35,310 nucleotides of DNA from Alteromonas sp. (GTDB taxonomy: Bacteria; Margulisbacteria; Marinamargulisbacteria; UBA6595), in the NCBI GenBank assembly GCA_964220215.1, contig CAXPTH010000028.1, forward strand, positions 1 through 35,310. Reading direction: 5' to 3'. The notes under the pieces are model-generated. The model was not told the DNA's origin. It searched no databases and saw only the letters and a program-made list of their open reading frames with translations. Position 1 is the first letter of the stretch, and each line of letters starts with the position of its first letter. Made by a program: the position numbers and the translations under genes. This document shows positions 19,428 to 28,975 of the stretch, piece by piece.

Positions 19428-20442
19428 CAGACGGACTCGCAGACTGACCCGACGGGCTTAAGCCAAACCGATCCATTAACTGGTCTCGGATAGACGTCAT
19501 GACCGTTGGATTTTCTTTTAAAAACACTTTGGCTGCTTCCCGACCTTGTCCCATGCGCTGCTCTCCGATTGAAAACCAGGTGCCGCTTTTTTCGATTAAA
19601 TCAAATTTTACAGCCAAGTCAAGGGTATCGCCCGTTGCGGAAATCCCTTCCCCGAAAACAATATCAAATTCAGTGACTTTAAACGGAGGGGCTAGCTTGT
19701 TTTTCACAAGTTTGACCCGAACTTTAATGCCGATCATATCCGTACCGGATTTTAGTGTTTCAATGCGCCGTACATCGATCCGCAAGGATGAAAAAAACTT
19801 CAAGGCTCGTCCACCCGGGGTGACCTCTGGGTTGCCAAACATGACCCCAATTTTTTCACGAATTTGGTTAACAAAAATAATGCCCGATTGCGATTTGTTG
19901 ACAATACCGGTTAGTTTTCGCAAGGCCTGAGACATTAATCGAGCCTGAACCCCCATGACAGAGTCCCCCATTTCGCCTTCGATTTCTGATTTTGGTGTCA
20001 AGGCGGCTACAGAATCCACGACCACTAAGTCGACAGCGCCGGACCGGATGAGGGCTTCCGCAATTTCCAAGGCTTGTTCGCCGTAGTCTGGCTGCGATAA
20101 CAAGAGACTTTCAACTTGAACACCAATTTTTTTGGCATAATTGGCATCAAAGGCATGCTCGGCGTCAATAAAGGCACACACACCGCCTTGTTTTTGGCAT
20201 TCGGCAATGGCGTGAATAGCCAGGGTCGTTTTTCCGGAGGATTCGGGGCCAAAAATTTCAACAATTCGGCCCTTGGGGTACCCCCCAATACCCAGCGCTA
20301 CATCCAAGGATAAGGCACCGCTTGAAATAACGCTAAGTGCACGATCGGGGGCATCGCCCAAGCGCATAATCGACCCTTTCCCATGCGATTTTTCAATTTG
20401 GGCAATCGCAAAACCCAATGCTTTCTGTTTTTGTTCATCCAT
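19420..20442 (-). CDS. recA: Recombinase RecA
   Basis: [37 protein letters not shown]. Confidence 0.99.
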   Translation of the reverse strand: MDEQKQKALGFAIAQIEKSHGKGSIMRLGDAPDRALSVISSGALSLDVALGIGGYPKGRIVEIFGPESSGKTTLAIHAIAECQKQGGVCAFIDAEHAFDANYAKKIGVQVESLLLSQPDYGEQALEIAEALIRSGAVDLVVVDSVAALTPKSEIEGEMGDSVMGVQARLMSQALRKLTGIVNKSQSGIIFVNQIREKIGVMFGNPEVTPGGRALKFFSSLRIDVRRIETLKSGTDMIGIKVRVKLVKNKLAPPFKVTEFDIVFGEGISATGDTLDLAVKFDLIEKSGTWFSIGEQRMGQGREAAKVFLKENPTVMTSIRDQLMDRFGLSPSGQSASPSDG

Positions 20443-20501
20443 ACTATTGTTTCCTTACTAATTTATGAGTCAAAACGACGATACCATGACCGTGTGCTAA
20501 T

Positions 20502-21011
20502 TTACAGAGCGGAGTGTCTGTTTCGCACACGCCGCATATAATAGTGTACCAGGGTTGCGCTTCCGAGGACAGTATCCATTGTTGGGCCCGCTGGCTTTTC
20601 GGATATTGGCACAACGATTGATTCGGTGTGATTGGCGTGGCTAATTCCCACATAAAAACACCGGTGGTTTTCGTTGTATTCACCCAGAGCAAGACCCAAT
20701 TGGGCGGCGGTTAGGTGCCGGAATTTCTGACTCACCTGTTCGATGGTAGCGGCGCTGGTTTTCCCATGGGCCTGAATGTCTTTTGGCGACAAACCCAGGG
20801 GGCGAATCAGAATGCTGGGGTGATGAATAGTCAGGCTTGCGACAATGTGTTTGGGAAAATGATGCGAAAACCAATGGCTAAACAAGCCCCGAGTCCCCAT
20901 GTCCGCCACACTCACCGTTAGACCAACAAAATCGGCAGATAACTGATCCACCAGCGTTTCTGTTTGCTTGGCCTGCGCTTCAATTAATAGCGATTCAAAC
21001 GCATCAGCCAT
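20502..21011 (-). CDS. Degenerate CinA C-terminal/PncC-like domain protein
   Basis: LTVSVADMGTRG aligns by eye to LTxxxAESCTGG; HGKTS to HGAVS; AAQLGLA to GADxGxA; FYVGIS to VYIG; sits in the cinA position upstream of recA. Confidence 0.65.
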   Translation of the reverse strand: MADAFESLLIEAQAKQTETLVDQLSADFVGLTVSVADMGTRGLFSHWFSHHFPKHIVASLTIHHPSILIRPLGLSPKDIQAHGKTSAATIEQVSQKFRHLTAAQLGLALGEYNENHRCFYVGISHANHTESIVVPISEKPAGPTMDTVLGSATLVHYYMRRVRNRHSAL

Positions 21012-21029
21012 CGGGGGAAGCCCGCACGC

Positions 21030-22184
21030 TTAATGGCAGTAAGCCGGGGTTAGTTTGCGCTGAATTTCAGTGACTTTGTTGGTTTGTTCCCATGCGAATT
21101 CATCTCGGCCAAAGTGCCCGTATACCGCTGTTTTTGAAAATTCAGGAGCCGTTAGCGACAAAGTTTCAATAATGCCAGCGGGGGTCAAATCGAAGGTGTT
21201 TCGAATCAGCTTGACCAAGGTGTCCGTGTCGTGCGGACTATCGCTGGCAACATGAATGGACACCGGTTCTGCAACACCAATCGCATAGGCCAATTGAATT
21301 TCCATGCTGGCTGCGAGGCCAGCGGCGACCAAGTTTTTGGCAATGTAGCGCGCCATATACGCAACACTTCGGTCAACTTTTGAGGCATCTTTTCCAGAAA
21401 AAGCACCCCCACCATGGCGAGCCCAGCCCCCATACGTGTCCACAATAATTTTTCGACCGGTAAGACCGGCGTCGCCTTTGGGGCCGCCAATCACAAACCG
21501 ACCGCTGGGATTAATTAAAAATCGTGTATTGGCATCCACCAGTTTTTTAGGTAAAACGGCTGGGAATACATGGGTATGCAAGGCATCGGCAATCGCAGCG
21601 GTATCCACGGCTTCGGTATGCTGGGTAGACACCACGACGGTATGAATGCGAACGGGCGTCGTTCCCGAATACTCAACGGTTACTTGGGATTTGGCGTCAG
21701 GCAGCAAATAGTCTACCGTGCCGGAATGCCGCAAGTTGGCAATTTCGTTCACCAGTTTGTGCGATAGCATAATGGGCAATGGCATTAATTCTGGGGTTTG
21801 GCTGCAGGCATATCCAAACATAAGCCCTTGATCCCCGGCGCCCAATTGACTGGGATCTTCATGGGTAATCCCGTGATGAATATCAGCCGATTGCTGATTA
21901 ATGACAGATTGAATGGTGCATCGGTTGGCATCAATGCCGATGGCGGCATCGGTATAGCCAATTTGGGCGAGCTTTTTGCGAACAATGCTGTCAATATTCA
22001 GGGTTGCCGCTGTGGTAATTTCACCCCCAACCACAACAAGATCGTTGGATATAAAGCACTCAGCCGCTACCCGACTGGTGGGGTCTTGGGCCAAACAAGC
22101 GTCTAAAATGCTATCAGACAATTGGTCACAAATTTTATCGGGGTGTCCCTCGGATACGGATTCGGATGTAAATAAATAATGCAT
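21030..22184 (-). CDS. metK: S-adenosylmethionine synthetase
   Basis: FTSESVSEGHPDK, GAGDQG, GLTGRKIIVDTYGG, GGGAFSGKD, YGHFGR; AGGAG SD upstream. Confidence 0.99.
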   Translation of the reverse strand: MHYLFTSESVSEGHPDKICDQLSDSILDACLAQDPTSRVAAECFISNDLVVVGGEITTAATLNIDSIVRKKLAQIGYTDAAIGIDANRCTIQSVINQQSADIHHGITHEDPSQLGAGDQGLMFGYACSQTPELMPLPIMLSHKLVNEIANLRHSGTVDYLLPDAKSQVTVEYSGTTPVRIHTVVVSTQHTEAVDTAAIADALHTHVFPAVLPKKLVDANTRFLINPSGRFVIGGPKGDAGLTGRKIIVDTYGGWARHGGGAFSGKDASKVDRSVAYMARYIAKNLVAAGLAASMEIQLAYAIGVAEPVSIHVASDSPHDTDTLVKLIRNTFDLTPAGIIETLSLTAPEFSKTAVYGHFGRDEFAWEQTNKVTEIQRKLTPAYCH

Positions 22185-22288
22185 AAGCGACTGCTCTCCT
22201 TTTTTAAATTTATTTAGTAAAACAACAAATATAACGTATAGTCCTGTTTTTAATTATATCAAATTTGTCTAAAAATTAACATAGAAAC

Positions 22289-22318
22289 TTAACACCAGTC
22301 GCCGTTAGCTCGTATACT
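22289..22318 (+). promoter_or_regulatory. Promoter, leaderless (tpsB)
   Basis: TTAACA-18nt-TATACT, 6 nt before GTG 22325. Confidence 0.6.
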
Positions 22319-22324
22319 TTAAAA

Positions 22325-24067
22325 GTGATCATAAATAAATACCCGCTCAGATTGATGGCAATAATCGTGTGTATCAGTACAACACTGTGGGGGAGCACCG
22401 CCCAAGTCACCGCCCGTACTGTGCTGGACAATCAATACAACCAACAACAGCAACAGTGGGGGTTTGATCAATCGTCCCGGCAATTGGAACGCCATGAAAA
22501 ACTGGATGCGTTACGGGTTGAGTGGCCCACGCAATCCCATCGTATGGCCGTTTCAACAAGCCCAGCCGTTTCCATTCAAAAAATTTCGATTCGAGGGGCT
22601 ACCGTGATGGGACGCAAGGAACAGCGTCGATTGGTGCGTGCGTTTGAAGGCACAGATATGGATATGCAAGCGATGGACGCCTTGGTGCATCGCATCAACA
22701 CGTGGTACATGTCCCGCGGGTATATAACGTCACTGGCTTATATAGCACCGGGCCAGTCGATGGCATCGGGGGAGTTGGTGATTGATGTTGAAGAGGGCCG
22801 GATTCAAGCGGTGGTGTCTGAAACAGGCGCAACTCCGGTTGCCCTTACATTGGCATTTCCATTTGTTGGAAACGTGTTAAACCTTCGCGATTTGGAACAG
22901 GGGTTGGATCACGTGAATCGATTGGGGCAAAATCGAATGGTGTTGGATCTGGAACCCGCTTCAATCGGCTACGGCACAGTTGTCCGCATTATTAACCAGC
23001 ACCCAGCGCCTAAACCGCAGTTGAATCAGGCCATGATTACGTATTTATATCAAACCGATGGACGGATTAATGCGTTTCCGTCACAGGTAACGGTATTGTC
23101 AGACAATTTTTTGTCCATTAATGACCAGTGGGCGATGACCTATTCCCAAAGTGCCATGACCCAAGACAATCAGGCTTCGAGCCTGTTTTCGAGCGTTACG
23201 GTTCCGGTGGGCTATTGGCTCATGGGGTATACCTATAGCTTGTTTGTGTATCAACAACTGATTCCTCAAGGGCCGTATGCCTATGCCAATGCCTATGGGC
23301 ACACCGAACAAAATACGGTGTCGCTCACACGAACGGTGTTTCGCAATCAAATCAGCAAAACCCATGTTGAAGCAGCGCTATCGGCGTCCAATCAAATTCA
23401 AATGCTCAATAAAACGCAATTGGGGGTTGGCAGTCATAAGAAAACGGTGGGGAAATTGGGGGTGTCGCATCACTGGTATGGCCGGGTGTCGGGATCGGTA
23501 TCCGTTGCACAGCATCGGGGCTTGCCGTGGTGGGATGCTACCCCGGATTTAGCCAATCGAACGACGGATGAGCCGGTCTTCATGTTTGATAAAACAACGG
23601 TGATGGCCCAGCTGAATACGCATCTATCGGTGCCAGGGTTTACAGCGCCCATTGCCTATCGCATGACAAGCCTGCATCAATGGAGCCCCCACACGCTTTG
23701 GGCGTCGGATCGGATGGCGTTGGGTGGCCGGTACAGTGTTCGGGGCTTTGATGGCAGTTTGTCTGGGGATTATGGGCACTATGCGCAACACGAATGGCGG
23801 TTGCCATTGCATCGGTCGTTTGTCTTGCCAAGTGCATCGGCGTCCCTGTTTTTGGGATTGGATCACGGCACGGTATTGTCTCAAACGGGGGCTTCTCCGG
23901 ATGGGGCCAGTGGCGAGGGGTCGTTAGCGAGCGCAACGCTGGGTGTGGATTACCAATGGCGGGATATCACGTTGTCGGCTATGTTCAGCAAGCCCCTGCA
24001 ATGGAGCACGCCAACGCCCCCATCCAATGAAACGGTGTATGCGTCATTGCGCCTGGATTGGTTTTAG
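22325..24067 (+). CDS. ShlB/FhaC/HecB family two-partner secretion outer-membrane protein (TpsB)
   Basis: Signal peptide, POTRA motifs YMSRGYITS and LNLRDLEQGLD, L6 motif GGRYSVRGF, C-terminal aromatic (DWF). Confidence 0.93.
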   Translation: MIINKYPLRLMAIIVCISTTLWGSTAQVTARTVLDNQYNQQQQQWGFDQSSRQLERHEKLDALRVEWPTQSHRMAVSTSPAVSIQKISIRGATVMGRKEQRRLVRAFEGTDMDMQAMDALVHRINTWYMSRGYITSLAYIAPGQSMASGELVIDVEEGRIQAVVSETGATPVALTLAFPFVGNVLNLRDLEQGLDHVNRLGQNRMVLDLEPASIGYGTVVRIINQHPAPKPQLNQAMITYLYQTDGRINAFPSQVTVLSDNFLSINDQWAMTYSQSAMTQDNQASSLFSSVTVPVGYWLMGYTYSLFVYQQLIPQGPYAYANAYGHTEQNTVSLTRTVFRNQISKTHVEAALSASNQIQMLNKTQLGVGSHKKTVGKLGVSHHWYGRVSGSVSVAQHRGLPWWDATPDLANRTTDEPVFMFDKTTVMAQLNTHLSVPGFTAPIAYRMTSLHQWSPHTLWASDRMALGGRYSVRGFDGSLSGDYGHYAQHEWRLPLHRSFVLPSASASLFLGLDHGTVLSQTGASPDGASGEGSLASATLGVDYQWRDITLSAMFSKPLQWSTPTPPSNETVYASLRLDWF

Positions 24068-24074
24068 TTTAGGG

Positions 24075-24103
24075 GTGACAACAGCGCCCATTTCCGATAT
24101 GCT
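24075..24103 (+). promoter_or_regulatory. Promoter, near-leaderless (ABC-F)
   Basis: GTGACA-17nt-TATGCT, 9 nt before ATG 24113. Confidence 0.55.
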
Positions 24104-24112
24104 TAAATGGGT

Positions 24113-25735
24113 ATGATAGTTGTGGATAATTTAGGGGTTTCCTTCAGTGGAAATGTTTTATTTGAGGATGTTAATTTAAAATTCGTCCCAGGGGAATGCT
24201 ATGGGTTAATTGGGGCTAACGGGGCTGGAAAATCAACGTTTTTGAAAGTAATGTCTGGCGATGTTGATTCGACATCCGGGGCTGTTCACATTCCCGATGG
24301 GTGTCGGTTATCCATGTTGCGCCAAGATCATTTTGCTTATGAATCGCACACGGTTTTGGATACTGTTTTGATGGGGCACAAGCCATTGTATGCGGTGTAT
24401 GAAGAGCGGATGCGCTTATATGACAAAGCGGAGTTAACCGATGCTGAGGGCGAGCGCATTGGTGAGTTGGAGGCCCTGTTTGGCGAGATGGATGGCTATG
24501 TGGCCGAGTCTGACGCAGCAACAATGCTGGCCGATTTGGGTATCTCAACCGATAAGCATGACAAGCCAATGGCGCAATTGGATGGGGCTGAAAAAGTGCG
24601 CGTATTGTTGGCGCAGGCGCTATTTGGCGATCCGGATGTTTTGTTGTTGGATGAGCCCACCAACCAACTGGATTATTTGTCAGTCTTGTGGTTAGAAAAG
24701 TTTATTATGGATTTTAAAAACACGGTCATTGTGGTTTCGCACGATCGTCATTTTTTAAATAAAGTGTGTACCTATATTGCGGATGTGGATTTTGGCCAAA
24801 TTAAGCTATACCCTGGGAATTATGATTTTTGGAAGCAGTCTAGCGAATTAATTCAGCAACAGCAGCAAGATAAAAAGCAAAAAGATGAGAAAAAAATTCA
24901 GGAGTTGGAAGCATTCGTGCGACGATTTAGTGCCAATGCATCCAAGTCCAAACAGGCAACCTCTCGAAAAAAAATGATTGAAAAATTGCGTCCTGACGAA
25001 ATGCCGACCTCACGACGACGCTCCCCCTTTATTCACTTCAAGCCTTTCAGATCCTGTGGCAACCGGGTATTAACTGTAAAAAACCTAAGCGCGTCGGTTG
25101 GCGGGGATCCGGTGCTCAAGGACGTCTCATTTACATTGGAAAAAGATGAAAAGCTCGCCATTGTTGGGCAAAACGGGGTATCTAAAACGGCATTGCTCGA
25201 TGTGTTGGCTGGTGAGCTAACCCCGGATGCTGGGTTGATCGAATGGGGGGACACCATTCGGACGTCGTATTTTCCGAAAGACAATACCGATTACTTTAAA
25301 AACAAGATGTCAATTATGGATTGGTTGTCTAGTTATCAGGATTCCGTTGATAATGAAGCCATTCGGGGGTTTTTGGGGCGCATGTTGTTTTCTGGGGATG
25401 ATGCCAAGAAAAATGTGCAGGTTTTGTCTGGGGGTGAAAAGGCCCGAGCCATGTTTTCCCGCATGATGATGGCCGATGGCAATGTCTTGTTGTTTGACGA
25501 GCCCACCAACCACTTGGATTTGGAGGCGATATCGGCCATTAATACAGCCTTAGAGGTCTTCGACGGTGGGCTGATTTTAACCTCCCATGACTTTCAATTG
25601 CTAAACACAGTCCCCAACCGCATTATAGAAGTGTCGCCGTATGGCATGATTGACCGCCGAACGGATTTTGATAGCTATATGCAAGACGAGCGCGTGGCTC
25701 AAATTCGGCAGTCGTGGCAGGTTCCAGTCCAGTAA
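24113..25735 (+). CDS. ABC-F family ATP-binding protein (YbiT/YkpA-like)
   Basis: Two ABC domains without TM segments; GANGAGKST, LLDEPTN, VSHDRHFLN, linker RFSANASKSKQATSR; alternative start 24107. Confidence 0.95.
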   Translation: MIVVDNLGVSFSGNVLFEDVNLKFVPGECYGLIGANGAGKSTFLKVMSGDVDSTSGAVHIPDGCRLSMLRQDHFAYESHTVLDTVLMGHKPLYAVYEERMRLYDKAELTDAEGERIGELEALFGEMDGYVAESDAATMLADLGISTDKHDKPMAQLDGAEKVRVLLAQALFGDPDVLLLDEPTNQLDYLSVLWLEKFIMDFKNTVIVVSHDRHFLNKVCTYIADVDFGQIKLYPGNYDFWKQSSELIQQQQQDKKQKDEKKIQELEAFVRRFSANASKSKQATSRKKMIEKLRPDEMPTSRRRSPFIHFKPFRSCGNRVLTVKNLSASVGGDPVLKDVSFTLEKDEKLAIVGQNGVSKTALLDVLAGELTPDAGLIEWGDTIRTSYFPKDNTDYFKNKMSIMDWLSSYQDSVDNEAIRGFLGRMLFSGDDAKKNVQVLSGGEKARAMFSRMMMADGNVLLFDEPTNHLDLEAISAINTALEVFDGGLILTSHDFQLLNTVPNRIIEVSPYGMIDRRTDFDSYMQDERVAQIRQSWQVPVQ

Positions 25736-25829
25736 GTTGACCAGTCCCTTGGATTGCGGAGTGTCTGCAAACTATGCTATAACTAAAAGTGTATTGACGT
25801 GAGGGAATCATCACAAAAGGAGCTGTTAA

Positions 25830-26717
25830 ATGGCAAACACAATTAATGTATCATCGCTAAAATTTCCCAATTACACCCGCTATTTAGTTGCTCTAGCCCT
25901 TGTTTTTTTATTTGCCCCATCGGCATTTGTCATTATTGATGCCGGAACCGTCGGCGTTGTTAAGCGATTGGGTGCCGTTAAAATGGTCCCTTTAGATGAA
26001 GGCTTGCACTTTAAAATCCCATTTATCGAAACCGTTGTTCCGGTCAACATTCGGTTGAATGGCACCAACTCAGAAGCCTTGTCCTCCTCCAAAGACTTGC
26101 AAACGGTTCGAACCGTTGTGTCGGTTCAGTATTCGATTAATGGTGAAATGGCGCCTATGACCTTTCAAAAAATTGGGCTTAACCCCAAAATACAAGCCAC
26201 AGTCATTGGCCCTTCCATTGGGGAGTCGGTTAAAGCTGTAACCGCCAAATATACAGCGGAAGAATTAATCACCAAGCGCGAGACCGTTAAAGAGCAAATT
26301 CAAATGGCAATTCAAACATTTATTGACAAAACATTAAACGAAAAAGCCATTGCCAACGGTATTTCAATTGCCAACGTGGCGATTACAGACTTTCAGTTTT
26401 CCGAAGAGTTTAACCGAGCCATTGAGCTAAAAGTAAAAGCCGAACAAGAAGCATTACAAGCAAAAAATGAAAAAATTCGACGCGTCACGCAAGCCGAAGC
26501 GGCGGCAGCTGAGCGTCAATTGGAGGCCGATGCAGAAGCCTATTCGGTAACGGTTAAGTCCAAGGCCCGAGCGGAAGCCATTCAACGGGAGGCGCGGGCG
26601 CTTCGTGGCAACCCTGCTTTGGTTGAGTTGCGTCGGGTTGAGCGATGGAATGGTGAGCTGCCGCAGTTTACCGGTGGCGCAACCCCGTTGATGGATGTGA
26701 GTAAGGTTATCAAGTAA
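25830..26717 (+). CDS. Prohibitin/SPFH domain membrane protein
   Basis: N-terminal TM, EGLHFKIPF, SKDLQ, AEELITKR, AIELKVKAEQ coiled coil, WNGELP; AGGAG SD. Confidence 0.93.
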   Translation: MANTINVSSLKFPNYTRYLVALALVFLFAPSAFVIIDAGTVGVVKRLGAVKMVPLDEGLHFKIPFIETVVPVNIRLNGTNSEALSSSKDLQTVRTVVSVQYSINGEMAPMTFQKIGLNPKIQATVIGPSIGESVKAVTAKYTAEELITKRETVKEQIQMAIQTFIDKTLNEKAIANGISIANVAITDFQFSEEFNRAIELKVKAEQEALQAKNEKIRRVTQAEAAAAERQLEADAEAYSVTVKSKARAEAIQREARALRGNPALVELRRVERWNGELPQFTGGATPLMDVSKVIK

Positions 26718-26720
26718 ATC

Positions 26721-27800
26721 ATGAATCAGTGGCCGGGCGTTGTTGAATATTACAAACAGTACCTCCCGGTTACCGAGCGCACCCCCATTATTTCGTTGAA
26801 TGAGGGGGCAACTCCGTTGATTCAGTTGAAGCATTTGCCTAAAAAAATAGGGGTGCATGCGGATTGGTACGTTAAATTTGAAGGGCTGAACCCCACAGGG
26901 TCCTTTAAAGATCGAGGCATGTGCATGGCCATTAGCAAAGCGGCTGAAGACCAAGCTAAAATCGTCATGTGTGCCTCCACGGGCAACACCTCAGCCGCTG
27001 CGGCTGCCTATGCTGTGCGTGCCGGTATGCGGTGCGTGGTGGTGATCCCGGAAGGCAAGATCGCTTTGGGGAAGCTGTCTCAAGCCATGATTAAAGATGC
27101 GCTCGTCTTGCAAATTCGGGGCAACTTTGATGATGCCTTGCGCATTGTTCGGGATGTGTGTGAGTCCCATCCCATTGCCCTAGTGAATTCGGTCAATCCG
27201 TATCGAATTGAAGGACAAAAAACCGGTGCGTTTGAAATTGTCGATCAATTGGGTGGGCGGGCCCCCGATTACCATTTCATTCCCGTTGGGAATGCGGGCA
27301 ATATATCCGCATACTGGAAAGGGTATACCGAATATTATGAGCATAAAAAAATTACCCAGCTCCCTAAAATGATGGGGTATCAAGCTGAAGGGGCGGCCCC
27401 CCTAGTGTTGGGGCATGTGGTGGATACACCGGAGACAGTGGCGACGGCTATTCGCATTGGCAATCCGGCAAGCTGGCATTTGGCAGAAGCGGCTCGGGAC
27501 GAATCCTGTGGCGTCATTGAATCGGTCACGGACGATGAAATTACCCAAGCCCAGAAGCTATTGGCCTCCGAAGAGGGCGTTTTTTGCGAGCCAGCGTCCG
27601 CAGCATCGGTAGCCGGTGTCATTAAGTCGGTTCAGCAATTGGGACGCTCGTTTGAGGCTGGCCAAGTGTTGGTGTCGGTCTTAACAGGCCATGGGTTAAA
27701 AGACCCCAACCGAGCCATTGACATTGTGCAGCAAGAACCGGTCGTTGTGGATAACGATCATGCAGCGGTTGTGGCGGCGCTAAAGCCCCTGGGATTGTAA
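26721..27800 (+). CDS. thrC: Threonine synthase
   Basis: EGLNPTGSFKDRGM, CASTGNTS, PVGNAGNI, ATAIRIGNP, CEPASAA, TGHGLKDP. Confidence 0.97.
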   Translation: MNQWPGVVEYYKQYLPVTERTPIISLNEGATPLIQLKHLPKKIGVHADWYVKFEGLNPTGSFKDRGMCMAISKAAEDQAKIVMCASTGNTSAAAAAYAVRAGMRCVVVIPEGKIALGKLSQAMIKDALVLQIRGNFDDALRIVRDVCESHPIALVNSVNPYRIEGQKTGAFEIVDQLGGRAPDYHFIPVGNAGNISAYWKGYTEYYEHKKITQLPKMMGYQAEGAAPLVLGHVVDTPETVATAIRIGNPASWHLAEAARDESCGVIESVTDDEITQAQKLLASEEGVFCEPASAASVAGVIKSVQQLGRSFEAGQVLVSVLTGHGLKDPNRAIDIVQQEPVVVDNDHAAVVAALKPLGL

Positions 27801-27802
27801 GT

Positions 27803-28945
27803 ATGAAATATATTGTATGTTTGGGAGACGGCATGTCCGATTGGCCCATTGAGGCGTTGGGCAATCAAACGCCCTTAGCGTATGCCAAGACCCCCCATAT
27901 GGATGCCTTGGCAATCCAAGGCCGTGTGGGGCTGGTCGATACCGTTGAAGAACCGTTTTACCCCGGTTCCGATGTGGCCAACATGGGGATTTTGGGCTAT
28001 GATCCTGCGGACTATTATACAGGCCGAGCGGCGATTGAATCAGCAGCCATGGGCGTCGACATCCCCAAAGGGTCTATTGCGTTTCGGTGTAACTTGGTCA
28101 CCATAACCCAAGGCACAATGACTAGCTTTACGGCCCATCACATCCAAACCGATGCGGCTGCGCGTGTTCTAGATGCCTTAAATCAACACTTTTCGGGGCG
28201 CGTAACCTTTCATGTGGGCGCCAGTTATCGGCACATTGCCGTGATGCCGGGGTCGTATCCAGACATTGTGTGCACTCCGCCGCATGACTTAACAGACAAA
28301 CCCATCGTAGTGCCATCTGGAGGCGGTTCAGTCGCAATTCAAGCGATTATGACGGAGGCGCAGGCGGTTGTTGACTCTGTGGGGACCGCTGCGACGGATA
28401 TTTGGCTGTGGAGTCCTGGAACGGCTGTGGATGTGCCGGCGTTTCACGTGAAACATGGGCTCACGGGAGGCGTGGTATCGGCTGTGGATGTGGTTAAAGG
28501 GCTCGGTCGTTTGATGGGCCTTCAGGTGCCCGATGTGCCGGGCGCTACAGGGTTTTTAGATACCAATTATGCGGGCAAGTGGGCAGCGGCTGAGGCTATT
28601 TTGAAGGATCATGATTTTGCGTATGTGCATGTGGAAGCGCCGGATGAATGCGGGCATTTGGGGGATGTGGACAAAAAAGTACAAGCCATTGAGGATTTTG
28701 ATGCGAATATTGTCGGGCCCGCCCGTGCGTATTTGGCCGCCAACCCCGATACCCGGGTGATGGTGTTGCCGGATCATCCAACCCCGTGTGCCATTAAGAC
28801 ACATTCTCGGGAGGCTGTTCCGGTGCTGGTGGCCGGCTCGGGGATTGAACCCAATGGGGCCACGCACTATTCGGAAGGCGCCGCTGCGCAAACGGGTTGG
28901 CAGGAATCCACCCCGTGGGATTTATTTTCGGTTTTGGTTCATTAA
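27803..28945 (+). CDS. apgM: Cofactor-independent phosphoglycerate mutase, archaeal type (ApgM / proposed homoserine kinase family)
   Basis: GDGMSD, PGSDVAN (phospho-Ser), AFRCNLV, GATGFLDTNY, HVEAPDECGH, LPDHPTP. Confidence 0.9.
   Translation: MKYIVCLGDGMSDWPIEALGNQTPLAYAKTPHMDALAIQGRVGLVDTVEEPFYPGSDVANMGILGYDPADYYTGRAAIESAAMGVDIPKGSIAFRCNLVTITQGTMTSFTAHHIQTDAAARVLDALNQHFSGRVTFHVGASYRHIAVMPGSYPDIVCTPPHDLTDKPIVVPSGGGSVAIQAIMTEAQAVVDSVGTAATDIWLWSPGTAVDVPAFHVKHGLTGGVVSAVDVVKGLGRLMGLQVPDVPGATGFLDTNYAGKWAAAEAILKDHDFAYVHVEAPDECGHLGDVDKKVQAIEDFDANIVGPARAYLAANPDTRVMVLPDHPTPCAIKTHSREAVPVLVAGSGIEPNGATHYSEGAAAQTGWQESTPWDLFSVLVH
28440..28455. promoter_or_regulatory. parS: parS centromere-like site (intragenic)
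   Basis: cGTTTCACGTGAAACA, 15/16 match to the parS consensus. Confidence 0.85.
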
Positions 28946-28975
28946 TTGTGAGTGGTGCAATCCGTTTGGTATACT
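28946..28975 (+). promoter_or_regulatory. Promoter of the phosphonate operon
   Basis: TTGTGA-18nt-TATACT with TG extension, in the only intergenic gap before licD. Confidence 0.65.

Noticed and set aside
20443..20501. LexA box upstream of recA
   Set aside because: No match to CGAAC-N4-GTTCG, CTGT-N8-ACAG or the cyanobacterial box; an unknown box cannot be excluded.
22185..22324. SAM riboswitch upstream of metK
   Set aside because: Short AT-rich region with no recognisable S-box, SAM-II or SMK core; an Rfam scan would settle it.
25754..25770. Imperfect inverted repeat TTGCGGA-GTG-TCTGCAA
   Set aside because: Single copy with no U-tract; cannot distinguish operator, terminator or chance.
27803..28945. 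apgM as part of the phosphonate pathway
   Set aside because: It is coupled to thrC and separated from licD by a promoter; a true ThDP-dependent ppd is present.
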